IMG/VR virus record: IMGVR_UViG_3300040734_000110
Span: 1 to 37,241 of that record
Source of the DNA: a virus
Taxonomy: Duplodnaviria > Caudoviricetes
Direction: 5' to 3' (one strand)
DNA: 37,241 bases
A program made the position numbers and the translations under genes. Numbering within the stretch: the first letter of the stretch is position 1; each line of letters opens with the position of its first letter. Below are positions 8,150-17,045 of this stretch, one piece after another. The notes under the pieces are model-generated. The model worked only from the letters and a program-made list of their open reading frames with translations, searched no databases and had not been told where the DNA came from.

Positions 8150-8252
8150 CAACGTGGATGGGGAGGGGGCGGGTCGGTTACTTCTTATCGAAACAGACCA
8201 GGGGGCAGTATATGCCCCAAAAATTCTTACCAATATCTAGGAAACGGGTCGA

Positions 8253-10595
8253 ATGGAAAACACTATTATCGATCAGATCAAAGAACAGGTAGACCTCGTT
8301 AAATTGATCGGGGAAACGCCAGGTGTAAACCTGAGACGTTCCGGGAAAAATTACATGGGTTTCTGCCCATTCCATGTCAATACCCACTCCCCTGCCCTGT
8401 CGGTATTTCCGGATACCCGGACGTGGTACTGCTTCTCCTGCAATGAGGGCGGGAGCGTGATCGACTGGGTACTGAAGAAAAACCCAGGGTGGGACATTAA
8501 GGAGGCCATCAAAGACTTGGCCAGACGGGCTGGTCTGCCGCTGCCTGAGTATGATCACCAGGACGTGAAAGCACGGTTGACCATGCATGCCCATGAGAAC
8601 GCGCTTCAGGTGGCCTCCAAGTTATTCCAAAAGTGGCTATACGAAGATACAGAAGCCCTGGAATATGTTCACAGTCGTGGATGGACAGACAAAGTAATCC
8701 AATCAGAACAGGTCGGTTTCTCTGGGCGGGCTACTGCTGCTCAGGTGAAAGAGATGATCGATGCATTTGGTTTGAATGGAATCTTCGCGAATAGCCCGGA
8801 TGCCGTGATGGTACTGGGTTACAAAGGGGATATTCCTGCCTGGTGCAATAAACACAACATCGATCCAAAATCAGTGGGGCAGGATAAGATCAGTGGCTTG
8901 ATATCAGTACCCGGGCTGATCTACTCACACCGGATCAATGGCCGAATCCAGTATATGGCCAGACGACAATTACCCGGTCATGACTTCTTTGTAGATCAAG
9001 GTGAAAAAATACCCTGGAAATCGTTTAATCCTTGTTCTGCTTTAGCGGGGGATAGAAAGGCTTATTTCAACCAATACCACCTCAGGAATGAACGCCTGGT
9101 GATCGTTGAAGGACAGGGAGATGCAATTACCCTGGCGCACTGGGGGATCCCGGCCATGGCACTGGCAGGATCAGAGTGGAAGAACCAAACCGAGCTGATC
9201 AAATCACTTCAAGACAAGTATGAGGTAATTTACTTTGCCACCGACTCCGATGAAGCCGGTCAACAAGTGATCACAGGCAAAAAAGGCGCGTTCCCCCTGG
9301 CAGAGATGTTTGGACCCATGCTGTGGGTAGTGAATTGGCCACAGGAGAAATGGACTGTAGCTGGTGGATCTGAAAAGCAAGTAAAGGACGTGAATGATCT
9401 ACGGAACTACTATCTTTCTAAAGATTTCAACGATCAACGCCAGGCAAATGCCATAAATAAAATCCTCGATGATGCAAACCCGATCGTTCAGCTTGCCGTG
9501 CAACATGCCGGATCAAAGAAAGGTGCTGAGCGCCAAAAAGCCTTGGATGTGGTAGTGCCGATGTTGAAACGAATGCCGGAAATGACCCTCAAGGATATGC
9601 GGACAATCCTGGCAAAGGCACTCTTCCCGGATATTCCTAACCCGATCAGGGAATTCAGTAATTTATTAAAGACAAAGGGGGAAGAGACAGAGGACAGTAA
9701 ACCAGCCGAGATCGTTGAAACTATGGGTGGCTGGTATCCGACGAACGCCGATGGGAATGAGGGGTATTTGCTGGAAGAGACATACGACAAGGCAACGGAT
9801 AAAGCCATATTTGCGTATGCCCATATTTTTCTGGATGGATCCCAACCCAGAGAGATCAGCACTGCTCATTACATGGATATCAATGGGAAACGGTATGTTC
9901 CAAAGTTGGACGATAACGTCCGGTTTGGTACGGTTCTCTTACCAAGCGAACTGGGACCGGAGCAATCCACTCGGGAGATCCTGGCTGCGGTCGAGATCTT
10001 CCTAAGACGATACTTTCTACTGGACAATCCATTTCATTACAAATTCGGGGCATTGTATGGGATGTTCACCTGGGTTTATGACGCCTTCGATCAACTCCCC
10101 TACCTGCGAGCCCGGGGTGGTCCCGGATCAGGGAAGTCCGAATTCATGCTTCGGCTTGGCCTAGTGTGCTATCGGATGATGATCACGGCAGGTGTATCCA
10201 GCTTGGCAGGTTTCAAAGGTCTAGCACATGTATATAAAGGAACTCTGATGATCGATGAGGTGGATAACCTGCTGAAGGAAGACAAAGGGGAAATGCGAGC
10301 TCTTCTTAATGTACGGGCAATGAAAAAACAAGCCCGGGTGGTGACCATGATGGAAGTATTGAAGGCGGATGGCACACACGGTTTTGCGCCTGCCACGACT
10401 TTTGTTTACGGCCCCACCCTGATGACCATGTACGGGGCTTTCAAGGACCCAGGAACCGAAAGCCGATGCATGACATTCGATATGCCAGATAAGGAAAGCA
10501 TCGAGCTGGACAAGGCGGGTATTGAGCCGGGGTATACACCTCCGGAAATGGAAATCGAAGGTCAGGTCATCCGGAACATCCTGCTGCGCTGGTGA
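8253..10595 (+). CDS. Primase-helicase, N-terminal part (CHC2 Zn finger, Toprim, P-loop ATPase)
   Basis: CPFH...CFSC, IVEGQGDA, DSDEAG, Walker A GGPGSGKS, Walker B LMIDE. Confidence 0.9.
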   Translation: MENTIIDQIKEQVDLVKLIGETPGVNLRRSGKNYMGFCPFHVNTHSPALSVFPDTRTWYCFSCNEGGSVIDWVLKKNPGWDIKEAIKDLARRAGLPLPEYDHQDVKARLTMHAHENALQVASKLFQKWLYEDTEALEYVHSRGWTDKVIQSEQVGFSGRATAAQVKEMIDAFGLNGIFANSPDAVMVLGYKGDIPAWCNKHNIDPKSVGQDKISGLISVPGLIYSHRINGRIQYMARRQLPGHDFFVDQGEKIPWKSFNPCSALAGDRKAYFNQYHLRNERLVIVEGQGDAITLAHWGIPAMALAGSEWKNQTELIKSLQDKYEVIYFATDSDEAGQQVITGKKGAFPLAEMFGPMLWVVNWPQEKWTVAGGSEKQVKDVNDLRNYYLSKDFNDQRQANAINKILDDANPIVQLAVQHAGSKKGAERQKALDVVVPMLKRMPEMTLKDMRTILAKALFPDIPNPIREFSNLLKTKGEETEDSKPAEIVETMGGWYPTNADGNEGYLLEETYDKATDKAIFAYAHIFLDGSQPREISTAHYMDINGKRYVPKLDDNVRFGTVLLPSELGPEQSTREILAAVEIFLRRYFLLDNPFHYKFGALYGMFTWVYDAFDQLPYLRARGGPGSGKSEFMLRLGLVCYRMMITAGVSSLAGFKGLAHVYKGTLMIDEVDNLLKEDKGEMRALLNVRAMKKQARVVTMMEVLKADGTHGFAPATTFVYGPTLMTMYGAFKDPGTESRCMTFDMPDKESIELDKAGIEPGYTPPEMEIEGQVIRNILLRW

Positions 10596-10616
10596 CTTAA
10601 GGTCTGGAGGCCGTCG

Positions 10617-11168
10617 ATGGACCTTACTCCGGAGGACCGCAAACGCTATAAACTCATGGATCCCCTGGTCAGTCCGCGCGTGAACCAGATCATGCGGCCG
10701 CTTAAAGTGTTGGCAATCCTGGAAAAAGACCAAGACCTATTGAAGGATCTCTTCCTGCTTGGTCAGGCCAATTATAAAGATGAACTCAACCGGCGTGCCG
10801 GTTCCTTCGAAGCCATCATGTTCCGGGCCGTGGTGGCGGTGGATGAGGAAGATAAGTATGACAAGTATATCCACACCGGCGGACTAGGTACTTATGGGGT
10901 CGTTCGTTACATCACATATAAAGACCTGGCTATAGTTGCCAATGAAAAGATCGATGAGGAAAACCTCAACGAAGGCGACGAGAAGAAAAAAGACGATTCC
11001 GTTAAGCCGAAGACAGTTGGCAATATATGCCGAGATGCCTTCCGATTACCAACTTACCGCACTGGCAACGGATGGGTCGTCATCCTGGACAAGATCAAGA
11101 TCGATGTGGGTAAGATCCGCTTTGGCATGAAGGAATATAAACCAGAAGGCGGTGAACAAGCGAGATGA
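10617..11168 (+). CDS. Primase-helicase C-terminal part (ATPase lid plus winged helix), in frame after a single TGA
   Basis: Same frame as 8253..10595 with 7 sense codons between the TGA and this ATG; GGAGG at 10606-10610. Confidence 0.8.
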   Translation: MDLTPEDRKRYKLMDPLVSPRVNQIMRPLKVLAILEKDQDLLKDLFLLGQANYKDELNRRAGSFEAIMFRAVVAVDEEDKYDKYIHTGGLGTYGVVRYITYKDLAIVANEKIDEENLNEGDEKKKDDSVKPKTVGNICRDAFRLPTYRTGNGWVVILDKIKIDVGKIRFGMKEYKPEGGEQAR

Positions 11169-11474
11169 ACATGATGAACATGCTACTGCTCCAGGAGGGG
11201 TATGGCGATAAATTTGTTTTGTGGGTCGAATCCTCTATACAAAACATTTTTATAACCATCAAAATCCGGGTTTTACGTTCATTTTGCTTCATAACGTTCA
11301 TCCTCAGTGGGAAAAAAGCAATTTCTGCCCTGGGATACGGCCGATTAATGAACGTTATGAATGTTAATGAACTAAGGATATTTAAGAGGTTTTATTTGTT
11401 ATGTAGTTAAAAGAAGAGTACGACAAACCTCGGTTAATGAACTTCAAAACATGCTGTCCTTCATGCATGTTCAT
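11151..11474. repeat. Iteron cluster, candidate replication origin
   Basis: About 12 (A/G)TGAA(C) units in direct and inverted groups with AT-rich spacers, directly after the replicase gene. Confidence 0.75.
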
Positions 11475-11485
11475 GGGAGAGGAAA

Positions 11486-12301
11486 ATGGATCAACGAAAC
11501 GGAACGATAGAACGAGCAGTAACCGCCTTGACTGGTTGGAAGCAACTTACTAATGCAATGGAACGCACGCTGGTGGACAACCTGGCAGCCACAGCCCCAT
11601 GGTTGGCACCCTTGGCTCCCGCCTATATGGCCTATCAAGCCATGATCAATGTGCTGGGGTTCCCGATCTGGATTGCCTTCGCCATCGGTGGAACGATCGA
11701 GCTGCTCGGGATCTCCACGATCAATACAGCCCTGACTTTTTGGTCATGGAATAAGCAAAAGAACAAGAGTGATCCAGCAGCTCCAATGTGGCTGGCAACG
11801 GCCATGGCGGGTTTTTATGCGGTGATCGTCTTAGTTGTGAATGTATTATTGGATCACTCGACCGTGATCGAACAAATCGCCAAGGCGCTGCTTTCCTCGC
11901 TATCTATTCTGGCAGCCATTACCCTGGCGCTACGATCACAGCACAGCCAACGGGTAGAAACAACCAAGCACTTAAAAGAAGAAAGAAAAGAGGTAAGGCG
12001 GCTATCGAAGGTTCAGAATGCAAAGAATGTAAAAACTGAAGTTTCAATGAAACTTTCGCGCAAGTTACACGAAAACCCAGATCAACCTGAAACATTCGGA
12101 AAGTGGCAGCGCTGGCCAGATCTACCGGGCGAAGAGCGGCTGGCCATCACCCGGATGAATGTACAACAAGTCATGGAACGCTACGGCATCATTGAACGGA
12201 CCGCCTACAACTGGATCCAAAATGCCAGGAAGGACCCGGGGGTTATAGGTGAACTGGCTCGTTTCCAGGAAGACCAAGAGAAATCCCAGGAGGTTGAATG
12301 A
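11486..12301 (+). CDS. Membrane protein with coiled coil and C-terminal HTH (DUF2637-like architecture)
   Basis: About four TM helices, charged linker, NVQQVMERYGIIERTAYNWIQ HTH. Confidence 0.65.
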   Translation: MDQRNGTIERAVTALTGWKQLTNAMERTLVDNLAATAPWLAPLAPAYMAYQAMINVLGFPIWIAFAIGGTIELLGISTINTALTFWSWNKQKNKSDPAAPMWLATAMAGFYAVIVLVVNVLLDHSTVIEQIAKALLSSLSILAAITLALRSQHSQRVETTKHLKEERKEVRRLSKVQNAKNVKTEVSMKLSRKLHENPDQPETFGKWQRWPDLPGEERLAITRMNVQQVMERYGIIERTAYNWIQNARKDPGVIGELARFQEDQEKSQEVE

Positions 12302-12603
12302 TCACCAACCAATCTGAATCGATCAAGCCATGGAAATGCGAGCATGGCCATGTATTAGGGGCAGTCGAACGGGTGAAGATCACCACAGCCAACGGATCAA
12401 CTGCTCACGTCAGCCGGTTAATGCTTTACCGCCAGGCGGTCGATCCGGAGGCTGATCAACCGGTGGATGTGGACGTGATCGCGGCCGTGGAAGGAACAAC
12501 GCTTAACATCCGCTGCTCGATCTGCGGGGCAGTGCGGCCATGGTTCATCGGCGAGGATGCCATCGAGAGATTGTTGGAGCGGTTCCAACGAGGGAAAAAA
12601 TGA
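12298..12603 (+). CDS. Zn-ribbon protein, Com-like
   Basis: WKCEHGHVLG...IRCSICG; ATGA overlaps. Confidence 0.6.
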   Translation: MITNQSESIKPWKCEHGHVLGAVERVKITTANGSTAHVSRLMLYRQAVDPEADQPVDVDVIAAVEGTTLNIRCSICGAVRPWFIGEDAIERLLERFQRGKK

Positions 12604-13136
12604 CGGGTATTGTCGTGGAAAACAGTCTGGATGGTCAAGGCATCCGGAGCTTTCATGTGATGTCGGGAGATAGACAAGATCTTGAGACCTGGAAAACCAT
12701 CATTCCAACCACCGTGATCGAAGCGGGGTTGATCATCGAACAAAAAGAATACCAGGACAGGATGCGGATCCATCATTTCACTGCTAGGTGGCGGGCGCGG
12801 GAGTTCGTGACCTATATCATGCCGATGAACTGCACGATAAAAATCGAGCACCCTGATTACTGTAAAACGAGCTGCCCTCTTCATCGAACTAATTGTGAAT
12901 GGCGGAGGACCGTGTTTCTCTGGGCACTAGTGCCGAATAAAAACCTGCGGGATCAGATTGATGAAGCAACAGTGACGTTCGCAATTCAGTCTGATATGGA
13001 ACCAGATACCGGTTGGATCCGGAATATGCTTAAGGGGATTGAGCCAGGTATAGAGGTTGGAAAATTGATGGTTGTTGAAGCTTACTGGGTACCAGAGATG
13101 TTTATAGCTCTTTTGGACGATCGATTTAGTGATTGA
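12600..13136 (+). CDS. Hypothetical protein
   Basis: ATG at 12600 overlaps the upstream stop; C-terminal half resembles 7148..7426. Confidence 0.6.
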   Translation: MTGIVVENSLDGQGIRSFHVMSGDRQDLETWKTIIPTTVIEAGLIIEQKEYQDRMRIHHFTARWRAREFVTYIMPMNCTIKIEHPDYCKTSCPLHRTNCEWRRTVFLWALVPNKNLRDQIDEATVTFAIQSDMEPDTGWIRNMLKGIEPGIEVGKLMVVEAYWVPEMFIALLDDRFSD

Positions 13137-13172
13137 AATAAAGTAATATAATTCCATCAATGGAGGAAAACT

Positions 13173-13691
13173 ATGAAACTCACTAAAAAAGAAAGAGCTA
13201 TGTTTATTAACCAATTTGAAATATTGGAATTACTCGATCCTGAAAATCTTGAGGAATATAAAGGGAAAATAAAAATTCTTTCCTGTGGCTATGAACGGTA
13301 TTATGAAGACGCTTTATATGATGTGCTTTGGGATAAAATACCGGGGAAAATAACTTCTTTTGTTGTAAAGGTATTGGATTTTTACCGCTCATTAGAAAGT
13401 TATAAAAATAGACATGTTAATGAAAATATTTTAGAGGGGCATGAGTTTGGGCATTTCATTGGTTTTGATGGGAATGAAGAACCAGAATATTATCGTTTTG
13501 CTAATTATCTGATTTTTGAAAAGAAATATTATATAGAGCAGAAAAAATATTCTGAAATAACCGGGGAATTTAATTCACATCATTCTACTATTGATACATA
13601 TAAAAAATTACTCCTCACCTGGAAATTATTAGGTAAACCGAGCTTGGATGATAGAGAAATAATCGAAGAGATTTTCAAATCTATTGCTTAA
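13173..13691 (+). CDS. yfbU: YfbU family protein (AT-rich moron)
   Basis: MKLTKKER..INQFEILELLDP, GFDGNEE, FNSH motifs. Confidence 0.85.
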   Translation: MKLTKKERAMFINQFEILELLDPENLEEYKGKIKILSCGYERYYEDALYDVLWDKIPGKITSFVVKVLDFYRSLESYKNRHVNENILEGHEFGHFIGFDGNEEPEYYRFANYLIFEKKYYIEQKKYSEITGEFNSHHSTIDTYKKLLLTWKLLGKPSLDDREIIEEIFKSIA

Positions 13692-13697
13692 TAAAGT

Positions 13698-13739
13698 AAC
13701 GAGCCGGTTGGATGAGGGGGGCATCCAAACGCGCTCGTT
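13698..13739. terminator. Hairpin after yfbU; possible leftward small RNA
   Basis: AACGAGC..TTGGATG-AGGGGGG-CATCCAA..GCTCGTT. Confidence 0.5.
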
Positions 13740-13745
13740 GAAGAT

Positions 13746-13786
13746 ATTATACCACCATTTACTTAATAGTACAAGAGTTCTATAAT
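13746..13786. promoter_or_regulatory. Overlapping divergent sigma70 promoters
   Basis: Plus strand TTTACT(13758)-17-TATAAT(13781); minus strand TTGTAC-17-TATAAT with TG extension (13774 to 13746). Confidence 0.65.
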
Positions 13787-13789
13787 ATT

Positions 13790-13869
13790 GGGTGCAAGCC
13801 CGGCGTTTTGGCGGGGCTGTATCCGGAGAATGAGCCACCCGGCATGATGATCATGCCGGGTTTTTATTT
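13790..13869 (+). ncRNA. Structured leader/attenuator 1 ending in an intrinsic terminator
   Basis: AGCCC/GGGCT hairpin, then ATCC..AGAA..TGAGCC, then ACCCGGCATGA-TGA-TCATGCCGGGT and TTTTATTT. Confidence 0.65.
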
Positions 13870-13887
13870 AACGAACTGGAGGTGTAA

Positions 13888-14499
13888 ATGCCATTACCAA
13901 AGATCACATACCAATTACCACTTGAGTTGGATCTTCCTCCTGATCCAGATAATCAGGATAATCCAGAAGATGTCTTGATCGCCAGTGAAGCTGCACGTAG
14001 CGCTTTGGAAGGAATGTTTGGCAAGATCGGTAGCCCACGCTGGATAGATGAGTACATGGAGCTGCGTAAGGGTGGCTGGCAGTGGCGGGTAGCTGCCTAT
14101 ATCGCCTGGGCATCCAGTCCCAAGGCCGGGCGGGAGCCAAAGACCCAGGAAGACCTGGCGAAGCTGCATCTGGGTCTGACAAGCGATCGGGTGATCAGCA
14201 CATGGCGTAAACGCAACCCGGCCATCGATGAGATGGTCAGGGTGATGCAAGCAGCTCCCCTATTCAAGCACCGGGCAGAGATCTTCACTGCTCTGGTGGC
14301 AGTGGCGGTAAGGCCAGAGTATAAGAGCCACCAGGACCGTAAACTTGCACTCGAGTTAATGGGAGATTACATGCCTGCCCGGAAAGTATTAGCGGCATTA
14401 TCCGGAAGAGATAAAAACGACTTGAGTGAATTAAGTGATGAGGAGCTGCAGGAATTATCGGCTGCCCTGGAGGATGATCATGATGACACTGAAGCCTGA
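13888..14499 (+). CDS. Terminase small subunit-like HTH protein, paralog 1
   Basis: KTQEDLAKLHLGLTSDRVISTWRKRNP and YKSHQDRKL shared with 19942..20577. Confidence 0.7.
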   Translation: MPLPKITYQLPLELDLPPDPDNQDNPEDVLIASEAARSALEGMFGKIGSPRWIDEYMELRKGGWQWRVAAYIAWASSPKAGREPKTQEDLAKLHLGLTSDRVISTWRKRNPAIDEMVRVMQAAPLFKHRAEIFTALVAVAVRPEYKSHQDRKLALELMGDYMPARKVLAALSGRDKNDLSELSDEELQELSAALEDDHDDTEA

Positions 14500-15838
14500 T
14501 CAACATAATGCCAACCGCGGAACGAAACGCGGCAAGGATCTACTTAAGCGATCCTTACAGGAATTGGGAGCCGGTCGGTCTATCCTGGTGGATAAAGACG
14601 GTCAGGTTATCGCCGGTAACAAAACCCTTGAACAAGCTCAAGCACTTGGCATGAAAATCCGGGTGGTTGAAGCCGGGCGGGATGAACTAGTGGCGGTACA
14701 GCGCCCCGACCTTGACCTGAACGATGGATCCGGTGAGGCTAGGCGGTTGGCATATCTGGATAACCGGGTTGGTGAGCTTGACCTGGATTGGGATCAAGAA
14801 CAACTAAAAAGCGATATCGAAGCAGGGTTGGATTTCGACCAACTCGGATTCCTGGAGGGTGAATTAAACGGACTGATCGATGAAGACCTCAAATCCGCCC
14901 GGATGGAAAAGGATCCTGGTCCGCAGGATGAAAAGAATGATGAAATCCTAAAGAAATGGGCGGTCAAGGCCGGTCAAATCTGGCAGATTGGTGTACACCG
15001 GTTGATCTGCGGGGATATCACGGATCCGGAAGTGCTGTGCAGTCTATTGGAAAACGACCAGGCTGTTCTGGCTTTCACCAGTCCACCCTATTGGGTGGGA
15101 AAGAGCTATGAGACCCAAAAGAGTGAAATCGAGATCGATGAGTTCATCCACCAGACCGCTATATCCCTTGATTGCTGTGTCAGAAAGGATGAGAGCCGGA
15201 TCGTGATCAACACCGGCACCGGCTTTACCACAGCTTTTGATAAGAAAGCCAAACGGCATGTTTTACTGCTGGTGGATAAATGGACAGATGCTCTGCGAGG
15301 ATTGGGATGGAACCTTCGGCACGTACGGCATTGGATCAAAGAGGGGCAACTCATGGCCACCTCCCCCAAGACAGACATCATCGACCAGCATAATGAATTC
15401 ATTGCCACCTTTGAACACCAGGATGGGAAACCACGCCAATTCGAGGATCTCTTCATTGGTGAAGATATAAATTTACTGATGACATTTTACCGGCGCGAAG
15501 GCAAACAACGAGGGCAGGAATGGACCGGCGAGAAATGGGCGCTACGTTCCTATTGGGATGATATCAAAGGGACTGCGCGAGAATGCGGCCATGAAGCTGC
15601 TTTCCCGGTGGAGTTACCTCTGCGGCATCTCATGCTGTATACAAAGGCGGGGGAAATCGTCTTCGAGCCATTTTGCGGATCCGGGACAACGATCATCGCG
15701 TGCGAAGTCATGAAACGCAAATGCCTGGCAGCTGAGATCTCGCCTGCCTATGTCGCCGCAACTCTCGAACGGTGGATGAAAATGACCGGTGTAGAACCAA
15801 AAATCTTAAGGGATAGCCATGACAACCTTGAAGCCTGA
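14480..15838 (+). CDS. ParB-like domain fused to a beta-class N4C/N6A DNA methyltransferase (SPPY)
   Basis: GGAGG SD before ATG 14480; IAGN..L ParB-like motif; TSPPY, HEAAFP, EPFCGSGT. Confidence 0.9.
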   Translation: MMTLKPDQHNANRGTKRGKDLLKRSLQELGAGRSILVDKDGQVIAGNKTLEQAQALGMKIRVVEAGRDELVAVQRPDLDLNDGSGEARRLAYLDNRVGELDLDWDQEQLKSDIEAGLDFDQLGFLEGELNGLIDEDLKSARMEKDPGPQDEKNDEILKKWAVKAGQIWQIGVHRLICGDITDPEVLCSLLENDQAVLAFTSPPYWVGKSYETQKSEIEIDEFIHQTAISLDCCVRKDESRIVINTGTGFTTAFDKKAKRHVLLLVDKWTDALRGLGWNLRHVRHWIKEGQLMATSPKTDIIDQHNEFIATFEHQDGKPRQFEDLFIGEDINLLMTFYRREGKQRGQEWTGEKWALRSYWDDIKGTARECGHEAAFPVELPLRHLMLYTKAGEIVFEPFCGSGTTIIACEVMKRKCLAAEISPAYVAATLERWMKMTGVEPKILRDSHDNLEA

Positions 15839-16133
15839 TAAACATAATGCCAACCGCGGAACCAAAAGGGGGAAGGATCTGTTGAAGCAATCTTTACAGG
15901 AACTGGGTGCCGGTCGGTCAATCCTGGTGGATAAAGACGGCCAAGTCATCGCCGGCAATAAAACCTTGGAACAAGCCCAGGCTTTGGGGATGAAAATCCG
16001 GGTAGTAGAGGCTGGACGAGATGAGCTGGTGGCAGTGCAGCGTCCCGACCTTGACCTTAGCGATGGGTCCGGTGAAGCAAGACGGCTGGCGTATTTAGAT
16101 AACCGGGTAAGCGAACTGGATCTGGATTGGGAT
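14480..16133 (+). repeat. Diverged direct repeat of about 315 bp (14480-14794 and 15819-16133)
   Basis: Both copies encode a near-identical 105-aa domain with many third-position differences. Confidence 0.9.
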
Positions 16134-17045
16134 CCGGATGTGATCAACGCCGATCTTCAGAGTGGAATCGGTTTGGATAGTTTGGGTTTCATGGAGAAGG
16201 AGCTCCAGGAGCTTACCCAGACCATCGAGAAATCCATGACCGATATTCCGGATGCTCCAATCGAGCAAGCCGCTGAGTTACGGATCAAATGGGGAGTAGA
16301 GAAAGGCCAGATCTGGCAATTAGGTGATCACCGGTTGTGCTGCGGTGATTGTTGTGATCAAAAAACAATGGCAGCTTTGATGCACGGTAAAAAAGCGCAG
16401 GTATGTTTCACAGACCCACCTTGGAATGTGAACTATGGGGGAAATGTAGAAAAAGGAAACGCCCAAGGTTATAGAGTAAGAAAAATCGAAAATGATAATT
16501 TGGGTGAAAAGTTCCCTGCATTTGTTGATTCATTTGTGAAGATGATTTGGGATGTCATTCTCCCCGGAGGTATTTTGTACCTTGTCATGGGTGCTCAAGA
16601 ATGGCCTTTGGTTGATAAATCCCTTCGTGACAAAGGCTTTCACTGGTCAAGCACAGTAGTCTGGGTGAAAGATTCGATGGTTCTATCCAGAAAAGACTAT
16701 CACACCCAGTATGAACCAATCTGGTACGGCTGGCGGGGAGATGCACCACGGATTAGGGAGGTGGTTGACAGGACCCAATCGGATGTTTGGATGATCGACC
16801 GGCCAAAGAAAAGTGAAGAATTTCCGATCATGAAACCGATCGAATTGGTGACCAGAGCGTTGACCAACTCGAGTATGGTAAGGGATATCATTCTTGATCC
16901 ATTTGTGGGAAGCGGGACAACTATTTTAGCATGTGAACAGCTTGGAAGGAAATGCCTGGCCATGGATATCGATCCAGAGGCAGTGGCGGTGACGTTGGAG
17001 AGGTGGTATTCGGCGACTAAAAAAAAGCCATGTGTGATATGTTGA
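15819..17045 (+). CDS. ParB-like domain fused to a beta-class N6A DNA methyltransferase (DPPW)
   Basis: Same N-terminal domain; TDPPW, MKPIEL, DPFVGSGT. Confidence 0.9.
   Translation: MTTLKPDKHNANRGTKRGKDLLKQSLQELGAGRSILVDKDGQVIAGNKTLEQAQALGMKIRVVEAGRDELVAVQRPDLDLSDGSGEARRLAYLDNRVSELDLDWDPDVINADLQSGIGLDSLGFMEKELQELTQTIEKSMTDIPDAPIEQAAELRIKWGVEKGQIWQLGDHRLCCGDCCDQKTMAALMHGKKAQVCFTDPPWNVNYGGNVEKGNAQGYRVRKIENDNLGEKFPAFVDSFVKMIWDVILPGGILYLVMGAQEWPLVDKSLRDKGFHWSSTVVWVKDSMVLSRKDYHTQYEPIWYGWRGDAPRIREVVDRTQSDVWMIDRPKKSEEFPIMKPIELVTRALTNSSMVRDIILDPFVGSGTTILACEQLGRKCLAMDIDPEAVAVTLERWYSATKKKPCVIC

Noticed and set aside
8157-8178. G-rich tract as a cos site or G-quadruplex
   Set aside because: Far from the terminase genes, no HNH gene, and only three adjacent G3+ runs
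7995-8240. 81-aa ORF across the palindromic block
   Set aside because: Low-complexity translation of repeats and palindromes; it has an ATGA overlap, so it is not fully excluded
10593-10595. Alternative genetic code or selenocysteine at the TGA
   Set aside because: Many genes end at TGA with ATGA coupling; the position is not Cys-like and no SECIS-like hairpin is evident
11165-11410. 81-aa ORF (MNMMNM...MNVMNVNE) and the antisense ORF 11095..11301
   Set aside because: The Met-Asn repeats are simply translated ATGAAC iterons; better explained as origin DNA
11151-11474. Possible CRISPR mini-array
   Set aside because: Repeats are 6 bp, in mixed orientation, with no 25-40 bp repeat-spacer period and no cas genes
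14435-14479. Longer ORF-track starts (14435, 17795, 19924, 28098, 28786, 32881, 7176, 12540)
   Set aside because: Downstream ATGs have SD sequences or stop-start coupling and avoid long overlaps
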